DNA from: a bacterium HR30
Lineage (GTDB): Bacteria; Desulfobacterota; Binatia; HRBIN30
NCBI GenBank assembly: GCA_002898795.1
Contig: BEIG01000002.1
Location: 380 to 64,379, forward strand
Reading direction: 5' to 3'
Length of the DNA: 64,000 nucleotides
Within the stretch, counting starts at the first letter, position 1. The number at the start of each line of letters is the position of its first letter. The notes beneath the pieces are model-generated. The model had not been told where the DNA came from. It made no database searches and saw nothing but the letters and a program-made list of their open reading frames with translations. A program made the translations under genes and the position numbers. Positions 19,022-30,970 of this stretch are shown piece by piece.

Positions 19022-20107
19022 ATGTCCCTGCATCTCGACAGCAGGAAATCCCCCTCGCAGCGCAACAGAGCTAGATCATTAGCGCTCCTCGCTGCCCTTT
19101 GCGGTGCCCTTTTCGCTCCAGGAGCGCCGGAGGCAAAGGGCCCCTGCGAGGAAGGAGGAGTAGGACAAGTCTATATTGTTCCGGTGGTTGGCGTACGCAC
19201 CGAGGTTAGCGACATCCGTGGGCAGAAAGCTGGAAAGCGAGAGGTCGCCCCGGGTGAGTTCACGGAACTCTGTGTGGGCCTGAGGCTGGCAACGCCCGAC
19301 GAATGGGCCACCTATATGTCACAGGCGACGATCAAGGTCGCCGAGCCTGGACTGGGATTCTCTCAAGCTCATTGTCGCAAAAAAGGGCGGGACTGGCCTT
19401 GTGCTGCTTCGTACGATCTTGGACCCTGGCCTACCCCCGGGGAGATCCTCGGGCCGCCTCATGTCGTACAGCCACCTCCAGACCCGGTATACGATACGCT
19501 TCGTCGGGCAGCGTGCCCTGCGAGAAGGGGCGGCCTCCTGTGCAATGAATTGCGGATGTTCATCAATGCTCCTGAGGGGTGGGCGCCCCCATTTCCAGAA
19601 GAGGGGTCCCTAATTTACCCGCCAGAGGAGCCAGAGGTAGGCTACTACTGTTGCAAGGTGCGCATTGCGCCGGAAAGCCGCCCCGGAGAATACACCATTG
19701 GATGCCGCCGCGAGAGGGAGATCTGTCCGAGCGAACTGGAGCAGTGTGAGCGGCTAGATGACTGCGGGCCATGGTCTTTTCGATCCCCCATTTGCTGTTG
19801 CCCATGGCCGTGCACGGCCGACAAGCTACGGGTAGTGCCCTGCGTGGGAGACTGCGAGCGTGACGGCCAGGTGACGGTGGACGAGGTGCAACGCGGCTTG
19901 CTGGTAGCCGTAGGCCTGGAAGACTCCTCCACGTGCGCTGCCGCTGATGGCAACGAAGATGGCCAGGTCACCGTCGACGAACTGGTGCGCTCCGTCCGCA
20001 ACGTGCTGTCGAGCTGCGTCGAAACCGCGCGCGAAGACCGCGAAGCCGCAACCGCTAGCGAGCCTACAGCCACCCATGATCGAGTGGCACGCCACACGAC
20101 AAGGTAG
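19022..20107 (+). CDS. Secreted cysteine-rich protein with two C-terminal dockerin repeats (DCERDGQVTVDEVQRGLL / DGNEDGQVTVDELVRSV)
   Basis: GGAGG RBS before ATG 19022. Signal peptide MSLHLDSRKSPSQRNRARSLALLAALCGALFAPGAPEA. About 20 Cys in the mature region. Canonical dockerin Ca-binding loop pairs at the C-terminus. Confidence 0.65.
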   Translation: MSLHLDSRKSPSQRNRARSLALLAALCGALFAPGAPEAKGPCEEGGVGQVYIVPVVGVRTEVSDIRGQKAGKREVAPGEFTELCVGLRLATPDEWATYMSQATIKVAEPGLGFSQAHCRKKGRDWPCAASYDLGPWPTPGEILGPPHVVQPPPDPVYDTLRRAACPARRGGLLCNELRMFINAPEGWAPPFPEEGSLIYPPEEPEVGYYCCKVRIAPESRPGEYTIGCRREREICPSELEQCERLDDCGPWSFRSPICCCPWPCTADKLRVVPCVGDCERDGQVTVDEVQRGLLVAVGLEDSSTCAAADGNEDGQVTVDELVRSVRNVLSSCVETAREDREAATASEPTATHDRVARHTTR

Positions 20108-20143
20108 TCTCCTCACCCCCGGAGGCCCAATGGAGGATCCACC

Positions 20144-20665
20144 ATGAAGGCGTCGAGTAGTAGCTACCCCGGACAAACTTCCGGCATGCTGCCCCGGTGC
20201 ACCCGGCGAGGAAATCGTATCGCCGCAGCAGCCGCCATCGTTCTACTGGGTTTCGCGCTGCTCTGGCGAAATCCGGTGTTTCCCGTAACTCTATTGCTGC
20301 CGTCAGACCTGGCATTGCGCGGCCAGTATCTATCCTTCGAAACAGCCCAAAGTGCTGACGCACAGGACTTTGGCCGAGTACCGAGCTGGAGCCTGGTGGC
20401 CGTTCGCCAAGGTTCGATGCTTCGGGGAACACTCGTGGTGCCCGGCCACAAGCTCCTCGAAACCGCCCACGTGGAGGCGAGCTTAGAAAACGGGGATATC
20501 CACGGGGTTATTCTGGACGAAAGCGGGGAACAAATCGGCAGGGTGTGGGGCCGCTGGGGTTTGACGGGCGCCCAGGGAGGTTACGAGCTAATAACCAAGG
20601 AGACAGGCCAGTGGGGCTGGTCTCGCACTCCGATGCTCCAAGCTGTGCCCGAAGTACAGCAGTGA
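20144..20665 (+). CDS. Hypothetical membrane-anchored protein
   Basis: GGAGGA RBS 7 nt before ATG. Single N-terminal TM (IAAAAAIVLLGFALLW). No recognisable domain. Confidence 0.45.
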   Translation: MKASSSSYPGQTSGMLPRCTRRGNRIAAAAAIVLLGFALLWRNPVFPVTLLLPSDLALRGQYLSFETAQSADAQDFGRVPSWSLVAVRQGSMLRGTLVVPGHKLLETAHVEASLENGDIHGVILDESGEQIGRVWGRWGLTGAQGGYELITKETGQWGWSRTPMLQAVPEVQQ

Positions 20666-20987
20666 TCACCGTGGGAGGCTCGCTTTGGATTGGGCAGGGC
20701 ACACGCGCGAGGTGCTAACTTGCCTCGCCGAGCTTCCCTGGCGTCCGCCGCCCTCACCCGGGCCCCCGGCCCACCCTCTCCCGGTGGTGCGGCGTGTGGG
20801 GAACGTGGAAACGGCGGTACTGACGGCAACGGCAGGCGCACTGCGGCGGCAACGGACCATGGCGACGTGCGTTGCTGCGGGAACCACGGGCGCACTGCCG
20901 TGCGCCCCTACCACGTTGTTCCCCCTCTACCTCTGGGAGAGGGGGATCCCGGTGGTGCCGCGTGTCGGCAACATGGGGGTGGGCTTT

Positions 20988-21016
20988 TTGACAACAGTCG
21001 GGGTGCGTGTTATACC
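20988..21016 (+). promoter_or_regulatory. Near-consensus sigma-70 promoter TTGACA-17nt-TATACC, preceded by hairpin CCCCCTCT-acctctggg-AGAGGGGG (20921-20945), driving the bactofilin gene
   Basis: Read directly. RBS GAGAGGAG at 21040-21048; ATG at 21057. Confidence 0.5.
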
Positions 21017-21056
21017 GCCCGCGCTTTAAGATCCCCTCCGAGAGGAGACTTTTGCT

Positions 21057-21602
21057 ATGGCCCTTTTTGGCAAGGACGACAAATCACAGCGGTCCGAAGA
21101 TGCCAGGCCAGCGTTTATCAACTCTCCGGTCCTTCCCGGCGAGCCCACACCGGCCGAGCCCACGGTGCAAGCCCATCTCGGCAAGGGTAGCCGTGTGGAG
21201 GGAAAGCTGAGTTTCGAGGGGAGCGTTCGCATCGACGGGCAGGTGGATGGTGAGATTCAAGCGCAGGAGGCGGTGATCATCGGTGAGAGCGCTGTGCTCA
21301 ACGCACAGATAAGCGCCGGCACGGTCATTTTAACGGGCAAGCTCACGGGCGACGTGGTCGCGCGCAAGCGCGTGGAGCTGCGTGCACCTGCGCGGCTGCT
21401 TGGAAACATCACCACGCCCTGCCTGGTCATTCACGAAGGCGTGGTGTTCGAAGGGCGCTGCTCCATGGGAAGCGCCTCAGCCGATGCAAAACCGGCAACC
21501 ACCACCGCCAGTGTCGCCGCGGCGGAGCGAGCCAAGGTAGCGCAGTTTCCCCGTGACGAGCGGCCCGCGGGGGTATCGTCTTCCGCAGGAGGTGGGAAGT
21601 AG
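21057..21602 (+). CDS. Bactofilin (DUF583 polymer-forming cytoskeletal protein, CcmA-like)
   Basis: Beta-helical repeat core GKGSRVEGKLSFEGSVRIDGQVDGEI...AVLNAQISAGTVILTGKLTGDVVARKRVEL...VIHEGVVFEG with disordered termini. Confidence 0.8.
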   Translation: MALFGKDDKSQRSEDARPAFINSPVLPGEPTPAEPTVQAHLGKGSRVEGKLSFEGSVRIDGQVDGEIQAQEAVIIGESAVLNAQISAGTVILTGKLTGDVVARKRVELRAPARLLGNITTPCLVIHEGVVFEGRCSMGSASADAKPATTTASVAAAERAKVAQFPRDERPAGVSSSAGGGK

Positions 21603-21644
21603 CTCGGTCGCGGCAGCAAAAGCCTTCAACTCGATCGAACTTTG

Positions 21645-21696
21645 CGAACGCCTCTTGCCGGCGGCTTGCCACTTCGGGCCCCGGCGGAGGCGTTCG
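21645..21696. promoter_or_regulatory. 10-bp inverted repeat CGAACGCCTC...GAGGCGTTCG with a 32-nt structured loop between bactofilin and atpF'; candidate terminator/attenuator
   Basis: Read directly. Followed by a moderately T-rich stretch and an AT-rich leader up to the atp start. Confidence 0.3.
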
Positions 21697-21765
21697 TGCG
21701 TAAGTGACAGCGGGTGTTTCTCTAATGAAGCTAATTAACCAAGTTTGTTTCAGGGCAGGTTCACG

Positions 21766-22203
21766 ATGCTGACTTTTCCCCCGGATACGACCTTCCTCGT
21801 CCAGCTCGTGTCGTTCGTTTTGCTGTGGCTCGTTCTGCGGCGGATTGCTTGGGCCCCCATGTTGCGCGTGCTCGAAGAGCGGGACCAGCGCACCGTGGGC
21901 AACCGGCAGCTTGCGGCGCAGTATCGCGCCGAGGCTGAACAGGTGCAGCAAAAGTACGAAGCGGAGTTTGCCCGCGCGCGAGCGGAACTCACCGCCAAAA
22001 TGCAAAGTGTTCGTTCCGTTGTGGCCAGCGAAGAGCAAGCCATTATCACCGAGGCACGCGCCGCCGCACAGAAACGGATCAACGAAGCCCGCGAGGCATT
22101 TTCGCGGGAGCTGAAAGAAGCGCGTGAGGCCGTGGCCCGCGAAGCCGAATTTGTGGGACACCTCATTGCCCGGCAAGTGTTGGGGAGGGACGTGCCGCGA
22201 TGA
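21766..22203 (+). CDS. atpF2: F0F1 ATP synthase subunit b' (second b-type stator subunit)
   Basis: Single N-terminal TM (LVQLVSFVLLWLVLRRI) plus a long charged helix. First of two tandem b-type genes. Start could alternatively be ATG 21745. Confidence 0.75.
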   Translation: MLTFPPDTTFLVQLVSFVLLWLVLRRIAWAPMLRVLEERDQRTVGNRQLAAQYRAEAEQVQQKYEAEFARARAELTAKMQSVRSVVASEEQAIITEARAAAQKRINEAREAFSRELKEAREAVAREAEFVGHLIARQVLGRDVPR

Positions 22204-22778
22204 CCATCCGGCGTGTGCTCTGTTCGTTCGGTCCGATCGTTCTTCCCGTCGCCGCGTGGGCTGCAGGGCCAGCCAGCCACGGCGGCCACGAGGACCATGG
22301 GGGAATCCCTTGGACCACCTTGTTTTTTACCTTCGTCAATTTCGGCCTATTCGTGTGGCTTCTCGCCCGCTACGTGTGGCCGCAAGTTCGGTTGTGGCTG
22401 CGGGAACGGCACACTGCTGTCGTGCAAGAGCTCGAAGCTGCGGCACAAGCACGGCGCGAAGCCGAACAATTGCGCGCGCAGTGGCAGGAACGTTTGAACA
22501 AGGTCAACGAGGAAATCGCTCGGCTCAAGGAGCAGGTAGAGGCAGATCTAGCGCGGGAACGCGAGCGCGTGTTGGAGCACGCCCGAAAAACCGCGGAGAC
22601 CATTCGCAAAGATGCCGAGCGAACGGTGGCTGCAGAAATGCGCCGCCTGGAGGAGGAACTTCGCGCTGAGCTCGTGCGCCACGCAGTGGAGATCGCCCGC
22701 GAAATCGTGCGGCGGCATTGGAGCAGTGCCGACCAGCACCGCACCGTAGAAGAATTTGCTCGGCAGGTGCAGTCATGA
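22200..22778 (+). CDS. atpF: F0F1 ATP synthase subunit b
   Basis: TM helix TLFFTFVNFGLFVWLLARYVWP followed by an E/R/A-rich coiled helix. Overlaps neighbouring genes by 4 nt. Confidence 0.8.
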   Translation: MTIRRVLCSFGPIVLPVAAWAAGPASHGGHEDHGGIPWTTLFFTFVNFGLFVWLLARYVWPQVRLWLRERHTAVVQELEAAAQARREAEQLRAQWQERLNKVNEEIARLKEQVEADLARERERVLEHARKTAETIRKDAERTVAAEMRRLEEELRAELVRHAVEIAREIVRRHWSSADQHRTVEEFARQVQS

Positions 22779-23317
22779 GCGCGGTAGCCCGACGTTACGC
22801 AAAGGCCTTGTTCGCCCTCGCTCGCGAGCGCAAGCAGGAAGAGGCCATCGCTGCGGAACTCAACCAGGTGGCGGAACTCGTCCGCAACCCGGAAATTGCT
22901 GTAGCCTGGAACAACCCCTTGCTCACCGCCGCCGAGCGCCGGCAGCTCACCATGGTGTTGCGCCAACAACTGAACCTTTCGGAGTTGTTCGGCCAGTTCC
23001 TCGAATACCTTGCCGAGCACAAGCGGCTCGAAGCACTGCCCTCCATTCGCGACCATTACGAGCGCTTGCTCGATGAGGTCGCCAATCGCACCCGTGCGCG
23101 CATCGTAACCGCACTGCCTCTCACCGAGGCGGAGTTGGAGCAAATCGTGCAGCTTCTGCGCCAGCGGACTGGCAAAACCGTGTTGGCGACCACTGCAGAG
23201 GACCCTTCACTCGTCGGAGGGTTCGTCGTCGAGGTGGAGGGCAAAGTCTTCGATGCCAGTGTTGCCAATGAGTTGAACTTACTCGCCACCCGTCTCGGTG
23301 CTGGCACATCCCACTGA
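22775..23317 (+). CDS. atpH: F0F1 ATP synthase subunit delta (OSCP)
   Basis: MSAVARRYAKALFALA... is a typical delta N-terminus. ATGA overlap with atpF. Confidence 0.85.
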   Translation: MSAVARRYAKALFALARERKQEEAIAAELNQVAELVRNPEIAVAWNNPLLTAAERRQLTMVLRQQLNLSELFGQFLEYLAEHKRLEALPSIRDHYERLLDEVANRTRARIVTALPLTEAELEQIVQLLRQRTGKTVLATTAEDPSLVGGFVVEVEGKVFDASVANELNLLATRLGAGTSH

Positions 23318-23335
23318 AGAGGAGACAAGTAAGCC

Positions 23336-24844
23336 ATGCAAATCCGACCGGCTGAGATCAGCGAAGTCATCAAGCAGCAAATTGCCCAGTTCGGACGCGA
23401 GATCGAAATCCGCGAGACCGGCCGCGTTTTGTCCGCTGGCGACGGCATTGCCCGGATTTACGGGCTGGCGGAAGCCGCTGCCGGAGAGCTTCTGGAGTTC
23501 CCCCATGGAATTTACGGGATGGTGCTCAACCTGGAGGAAGACAACGTCGGCGCTGCCATCTTCGGCGAGGCTCACCTGATCAAAGAAGGCGACGAGGTCC
23601 GTCGCACTGGCCGCATTGCCGAAGTGCCGGTGGGCGAAGCGCTGCTTGGGCGTGTCGTGAACGCGCTCGGACAACCGATCGACGGCAAAGGGCCGATCGA
23701 AGCCACCGAAACGCGCCGCATCGAAATCAAAGCCCCAGGCATTGTGTGGCGCCAGCCGGTCAAGGAGCCTTTACAAACCGGCATCAAAGCCATCGACTCG
23801 ATGATTCCGATTGGCCGAGGCCAGCGCGAGCTTATCATTGGCGACCGCCAAACGGGCAAAACAGCGGTGGCTGTGGATACCATCATCAATCAAAGAGGGG
23901 GCGACGTCTTCTGCATCTATGTGGCTGTTGGGCAAAAGCGCTCCACGGTGGCCCAAGTGGTGGAAAAGCTTTCCCGCTTCGGGGCGATGGATTACACCAT
24001 CGTGGTCGCCGCCACAGCTTCCGAAGCAGCTCCTCTGCAGTTCATTGCCCCCTATGCCGGTTGCGCCATGGGCGAGTACTTCCGCGATAGCGCAAGGCAT
24101 GCCTTGGTGATTTATGACGACCTTTCCAAGCACGCAGTGGCGTACCGGCAGCTCTCGCTCCTGCTGCGGCGCCCGCCAGGGCGGGAAGCGTACCCAGGAG
24201 ACGTATTTTACCTGCACTCCCGCTTGCTCGAGCGCGCAGCCAAGATGAGCGACGAACGAGGAGGGGGTTCGCTTACGGCGTTGCCCATCATCGAAACCCA
24301 AGCGGGCGACGTTTCGGCCTATATTCCCACCAACGTGATCTCCATCACTGACGGCCAGATTTTCTTGGAAACCGACCTCTTTTACTCGGGCGTGCGGCCA
24401 GCGGTAAACGTGGGCATCTCGGTTTCCCGCGTGGGAGGGAACGCGCAAATCCGGGCGATGCGTCAGGTTGCAGGCTCGCTGCGGATCGAACTTGCCCAGT
24501 ACCGCGAGATGGCGGCGTTTGCGCAGTTCGGCTCCGATTTAGACGCAACCACGCAGCGGCAGTTGGCCCGCGGAAGTCGACTGGTGGAAGTGCTCAAACA
24601 GGGACAGTACGAGCCACTTCCGGTGGAAAAACAAATCCTGATCATTTATGCAGCCACCAACGGCTACGTAGATCACCTCCCGGTCGAGGCCGTGCGCAAG
24701 TACGAGGCCGAGCTCTATCGCTTCGTGGACAATCGTCACCCGGAAATCTTGCAGGCGATCCGGGAAAAGAAGCAGCTCGACGATGCTTTGAAAGCGCAAA
24801 TCAACGCCGTTCTCGACGAGTTCAAGGCGATTTTCCAACCCTAG
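23336..24844 (+). CDS. atpA: F0F1 ATP synthase subunit alpha
   Basis: Walker [19 protein letters not shown] and alpha-subunit signatures; 502 aa. Confidence 0.95.
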   Translation: MQIRPAEISEVIKQQIAQFGREIEIRETGRVLSAGDGIARIYGLAEAAAGELLEFPHGIYGMVLNLEEDNVGAAIFGEAHLIKEGDEVRRTGRIAEVPVGEALLGRVVNALGQPIDGKGPIEATETRRIEIKAPGIVWRQPVKEPLQTGIKAIDSMIPIGRGQRELIIGDRQTGKTAVAVDTIINQRGGDVFCIYVAVGQKRSTVAQVVEKLSRFGAMDYTIVVAATASEAAPLQFIAPYAGCAMGEYFRDSARHALVIYDDLSKHAVAYRQLSLLLRRPPGREAYPGDVFYLHSRLLERAAKMSDERGGGSLTALPIIETQAGDVSAYIPTNVISITDGQIFLETDLFYSGVRPAVNVGISVSRVGGNAQIRAMRQVAGSLRIELAQYREMAAFAQFGSDLDATTQRQLARGSRLVEVLKQGQYEPLPVEKQILIIYAATNGYVDHLPVEAVRKYEAELYRFVDNRHPEILQAIREKKQLDDALKAQINAVLDEFKAIFQP

Positions 24845-24879
24845 GTGCACTTCGATCAGACCCACAACCGGTTCTTGCC

Positions 24880-27163
<2,284 letters not shown>

Positions 27164-27166
27164 ATC

Positions 27167-27583
27167 ATGGCTGCCCGACTTGTGCTTCGCATTGTCACGC
27201 CCAAGCAACCGATCCTCGAGACAGAGGTGCAGGAGGTGACCGCCCCGGGGACGCTGGGCGAGTTCGGGGTACTGCCGGACCACGTCACCTTTCTTTCCTC
27301 CCTCGAATGCGGCGTGCTCCGCTACCGCACGCTGCAGCGTGAGGCCGCCGTGGCCGTTCGCGGGGGCTTTGCCGAGGTGCGGGCAAACGTGGTGACGGTG
27401 CTGGCCGACGATGCCGTGCTTGCAGAAGACATCGCCCCCGAAGCAGTCCGCAGCGACCTCACCAGCGCGGAAAGCGTGCTCAAGCGTGCGGCTTTCGGCA
27501 CCCCCGAATACGCCGAGGCAGAAGAGCGCAAGCGTTGGGCCGAGGCCTGCCTGGCTGCCACACGCTTGCGTCCGGCAGGCTAG
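27167..27583 (+). CDS. atpC: F0F1 ATP synthase subunit epsilon
   Basis: 138 aa; beta-sandwich plus helical hairpin pattern. Immediately after atpD. Confidence 0.9.
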   Translation: MAARLVLRIVTPKQPILETEVQEVTAPGTLGEFGVLPDHVTFLSSLECGVLRYRTLQREAAVAVRGGFAEVRANVVTVLADDAVLAEDIAPEAVRSDLTSAESVLKRAAFGTPEYAEAEERKRWAEACLAATRLRPAG

Positions 27584-27609
27584 CCGCGGGTCAGCTGGGT
27601 GCTTTCGTC

Positions 27610-28041
27610 ATGCGCGCCACTGAATTGCAGCTCGAGCCTCTAGGGCTATACAAAGCCGCCGTGTCTTCCAAAGAGGAAGCTTGGATTGCGGTCGCTCGTA
27701 TCGACGAACTTCCAGATCGAAGTAGCAAGAAGTTTTTCGCTGTTGTCGACGGCGCGGAGGAGGAGTGCTTCCTCGTAAACTACCAGGGCCGCTTTTACGC
27801 TTACGTGAATCGCTGTTGCCATGTACCGATGACGCTCGACTGGGTGGAAAACCGCTTCTTTAGTGCTGATGGTCGCTACCTCCAGTGCGCCACCCATGGG
27901 GCGTTGTACTTACCGGAATCTGGAGAATGCGTGGCCGGGCCACCGTGCGGTAAATTTTTGCAGAGGCTTCCAGTCGCCACCGCCGATGGCACCGTCTACG
28001 TTGCCGTCGAGCAGGGAAAACGGCCACGACAAAATGACTGA
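27610..28041 (+). CDS. Rieske [2Fe-2S] domain protein
   Basis: CHVPMTLD...(17 aa)...CATHGALY gives the CxH...CxxH Rieske ligand boxes. Start taken at the internal ATG after the atpC stop. Confidence 0.7.
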   Translation: MRATELQLEPLGLYKAAVSSKEEAWIAVARIDELPDRSSKKFFAVVDGAEEECFLVNYQGRFYAYVNRCCHVPMTLDWVENRFFSADGRYLQCATHGALYLPESGECVAGPPCGKFLQRLPVATADGTVYVAVEQGKRPRQND

Positions 28042-28055
28042 ACGAGGGGGATGAT

Positions 28056-28307
28056 ATGGCTCGACAAGACCGCCGCTGGGAAATTCGCCGCCGCCGGAAC
28101 CGGCGCAAAAAACTGGCAAAGCTGCGCGCTCGGTACAGCGCCGCCCGCACTGCTGCGGAACGCGAGAAGATCCTGGCCAAGGTGCAACGGGTGGCCCCTA
28201 CGGTAACGCGCGATCAATTCCTGGCTAGCATCGAAGCACAGTCCGGCCAGGCGCGCCCGGCACCTCGCAAACCGCACAGCCGGCCGGGCACGAGCGCTTC
28301 CGCTTAG
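28056..28307 (+). CDS. Small, very basic hypothetical protein (83 aa; N-terminal RRRRNRRKK cluster)
   Basis: Strong RBS GAGGGGG 7 nt before ATG. No domain recognisable. Confidence 0.4.
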   Translation: MARQDRRWEIRRRRNRRKKLAKLRARYSAARTAAEREKILAKVQRVAPTVTRDQFLASIEAQSGQARPAPRKPHSRPGTSASA

Positions 28308-28356
28308 TGCCCACGGGATTCCCTTTCGGAACTCACCCGATCGCACGCGCCGAATC

Positions 28357-30930
28357 TTACTCGACGGGGCCTTCGCCGTAGGCGAGCATCGCCGCCGTAT
28401 AAAGCAGCGCATGCTCCCAAACGTGGGGCACATCGTTTTGCGGCCAGTAATCTGGCGCCACCCCGTCGCCGTTGCGGTCGACCTGAACTCGACCGTACGA
28501 CTCCGACATGTGAAGGGTGCCGTTGGTGGTCAGGTTGCGTACGAAGAACTGCACGACACGGCGCAGCTCTGCCAGCATCCTTTGGTCGTTGCGCTGGCGA
28601 GCCAGATAGGCCAGCGCCAGTAACGGTTCCGCATTGTAGCCGCTTTCCGGAGCGGTGCGATTCAAGATCGGGTCGATCCCTCGCTCTCGCAAGACTTGCG
28701 CGTGTGTGGTCGCCAGCGGATCTTCCGGAGACAGGAAGCGCACCGGCCAGATCACCCATGGGGCACGCGGACCATCGAGGTGCGGCACCGGGTCCTGCCG
28801 CAAGAAGTGGCGGGGAATGGCTTCCTCGAGTTCCCGAGCTCGTACTTGCCAGCGCTCAACCTCTACTGGGTCGAAACCGCAATCTTCGGCGGCCTGAATC
28901 CCGCTGCGGAGGGCCAGCAAAACCGTCTGGGCGCCGAGCAAGGTCTGCGTTAGTGGAATGTTGTCGTCCTCGTTCGCATAGCATTGAAGGTTGTTCGTTT
29001 CGTCCTTGCAGTTCGCCAGGTTCGTGGCACCGAGCGCGATGGAGGGGCAAACGGCCGCTAAGTAGTCTCGTCGCTCCACCGGGTCGCGCAAAAACTTCGC
29101 GTGCTCCCATAGCGTCCACACCACCAGGCCCGCAGCGTCGATTTCGAAAGACAAGGGCAGCCCCGGAATTGCTGCTACGGGATCGGTGTAATAGTTGGCC
29201 TCCACGGTGCCCGCGGGCACGCACGCCGGGTACGTCGGCCGTTGCCGGTTGCATGGGCCGAAATCGTACAGTGGTGACCAGTCGGCGGGCCGCTTGCGCT
29301 GCACGCGTGCGTAAAACCGGTTGTGCCGCGTGACCAGGTCGTGATAGCCAGCCAAGTCTAGCGCGTAGTTGATGAACGCCCCGTCGCGCGGCCAGTCCTC
29401 ACCATAAGGCGGCTGCGTGTTCACACTGGCTACGATCCCGCCGCTGGCCTCGTCCATGGCCGTACGAATCACGATCAAGGAACGCTTGGCGAAGGCCAGG
29501 ACCACCGGGTCGTCGGTGTTGGGCAAACGTGCTGGGGCGAGGAATTGCTCCCACCACGCTTCGGTAGAAGCGCGCTGGGCATCGACGCGTTCTACCCGAG
29601 TAGCCCTCAGGAGGCCGTAGGCGTTGTCTCGCGTGTCGGCAATGGCAATGTCGATGGTTGCACTGGCTTTGTTGTCCACAAAGGCAAGCCGCTTTGCCAC
29701 CGCAGCGTTGGCTTGGCACGCAGCAATGGGCGAACCGGAAAGCTGGCCATCAACAGCGTCGCTGTACGCGCTTTCTGCGTCGTACACCCAACCAAGCCGG
29801 CTACGGCACTCACCGAGCGGCCCTTGGGGATGGGTGATTTGCCGCTCGCATTGAAAAGCCATGCGCACGAATTCGGCAAACGCCTCGCCCAGGTCGAACA
29901 CCCGAATCGTGTTTTCTGCCAGGCGGCTTTGGAGGCGACAGATCTCGGTTTGATCGAAGCCGCATTGGTAGCCGTCGTCTCCACCGCGCACGCCCATGGC
30001 GATGTACACTCCGGGTTCGTCGAGCTCTTGGATCAGTGCGGCGACTTGTTGTTGCAATGCTGATCCTGCCGCGGGCTCTCGCAGGATTTGCGAAACTCGC
30101 GCAAGCCGATGCTGGTCCACCCGCTCGCTCTGCGGAAGGTAGTGCAAAATGGCCCGCTCTTGCGCATCGTACACAACGGCATGGTCGTTTTTGAAGTCCA
30201 ACGCCCAGTCGGCCACGGGAAACATGGGTTGTCGCGACATCGTTGGGGCAAAATTGCTGTAAAAGACCAACGTCGCCTCTTGCACGGGTGAACCCGGCAG
30301 CCGCTCGACCTCATAGTGGTTCACCAACACGTTCCGCTCGGGCAAGATAAACTGGTATGCCCGAACGAGTAGCCGAAGCTCATCGTGGCGCATCAGCGTG
30401 AGAGCCACGTTGGAGCTGTCGGACGTGTAACGCTGCTCATGGTGCCACGGTAAGTCCCGCAGCCACGTGAACCCGCGCTGCCCCGAACGTGTACGATACG
30501 CCAAGCCGGGGAATGCCCCGGCACTGTCGAGGGCCCCAAAGTGCGGCTTGAGGCGCGCGTCGGGATCGTTGGAGGTGAGATAATCCAACTGGTCGTAGTA
30601 ACTCGGACCCGGCCACTTCAGCGACGTTATCTCCCCGCAAAGCGAGATCGTACTCGTCAGCTTTCCAGAACCGAGCGCCGCATTCGTGTTCGTTGCTCCC
30701 CATTGCAACTCGAACGGGTTGGGAGCATCGGGAAGCACTCCGAGTTGCGGGCACGGTGGACGCGCGGCCGCAAGCGGGCCCCCACCAGGCGGCTCGCCAT
30801 CCGATCCGCAGCCCGAGCCTAGCACGGCCACGGCGCACCAAACTCCAAGAAGCATCCAAACCCGACCCAGTGTTCTCTTCAAGAGCACGAACTCTCCGCC
30901 TCCCCAAAAGTCCTTTTGTCTCTCCCACAC
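28357..30930 (-). CDS. Secreted lipoprotein, glycoside hydrolase family 15-like (glucoamylase/glucodextranase-type (alpha/alpha)6 catalytic domain)
   Basis: Lipobox LGSGC after the signal peptide. Catalytic-domain signature ...GGIVASVNTQPPYGEDWPRDGAF... (GH15 'W-x-RD-a' general-acid region) and a long alpha-helical toroid. Confidence 0.6.
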   Translation of the reverse strand: MWERQKDFWGGGEFVLLKRTLGRVWMLLGVWCAVAVLGSGCGSDGEPPGGGPLAAARPPCPQLGVLPDAPNPFELQWGATNTNAALGSGKLTSTISLCGEITSLKWPGPSYYDQLDYLTSNDPDARLKPHFGALDSAGAFPGLAYRTRSGQRGFTWLRDLPWHHEQRYTSDSSNVALTLMRHDELRLLVRAYQFILPERNVLVNHYEVERLPGSPVQEATLVFYSNFAPTMSRQPMFPVADWALDFKNDHAVVYDAQERAILHYLPQSERVDQHRLARVSQILREPAAGSALQQQVAALIQELDEPGVYIAMGVRGGDDGYQCGFDQTEICRLQSRLAENTIRVFDLGEAFAEFVRMAFQCERQITHPQGPLGECRSRLGWVYDAESAYSDAVDGQLSGSPIAACQANAAVAKRLAFVDNKASATIDIAIADTRDNAYGLLRATRVERVDAQRASTEAWWEQFLAPARLPNTDDPVVLAFAKRSLIVIRTAMDEASGGIVASVNTQPPYGEDWPRDGAFINYALDLAGYHDLVTRHNRFYARVQRKRPADWSPLYDFGPCNRQRPTYPACVPAGTVEANYYTDPVAAIPGLPLSFEIDAAGLVVWTLWEHAKFLRDPVERRDYLAAVCPSIALGATNLANCKDETNNLQCYANEDDNIPLTQTLLGAQTVLLALRSGIQAAEDCGFDPVEVERWQVRARELEEAIPRHFLRQDPVPHLDGPRAPWVIWPVRFLSPEDPLATTHAQVLRERGIDPILNRTAPESGYNAEPLLALAYLARQRNDQRMLAELRRVVQFFVRNLTTNGTLHMSESYGRVQVDRNGDGVAPDYWPQNDVPHVWEHALLYTAAMLAYGEGPVE

Positions 30931-30970
30931 TCGCCAAGTATCGTTCCATAGCGCAGGAGCGCTGGCAACG

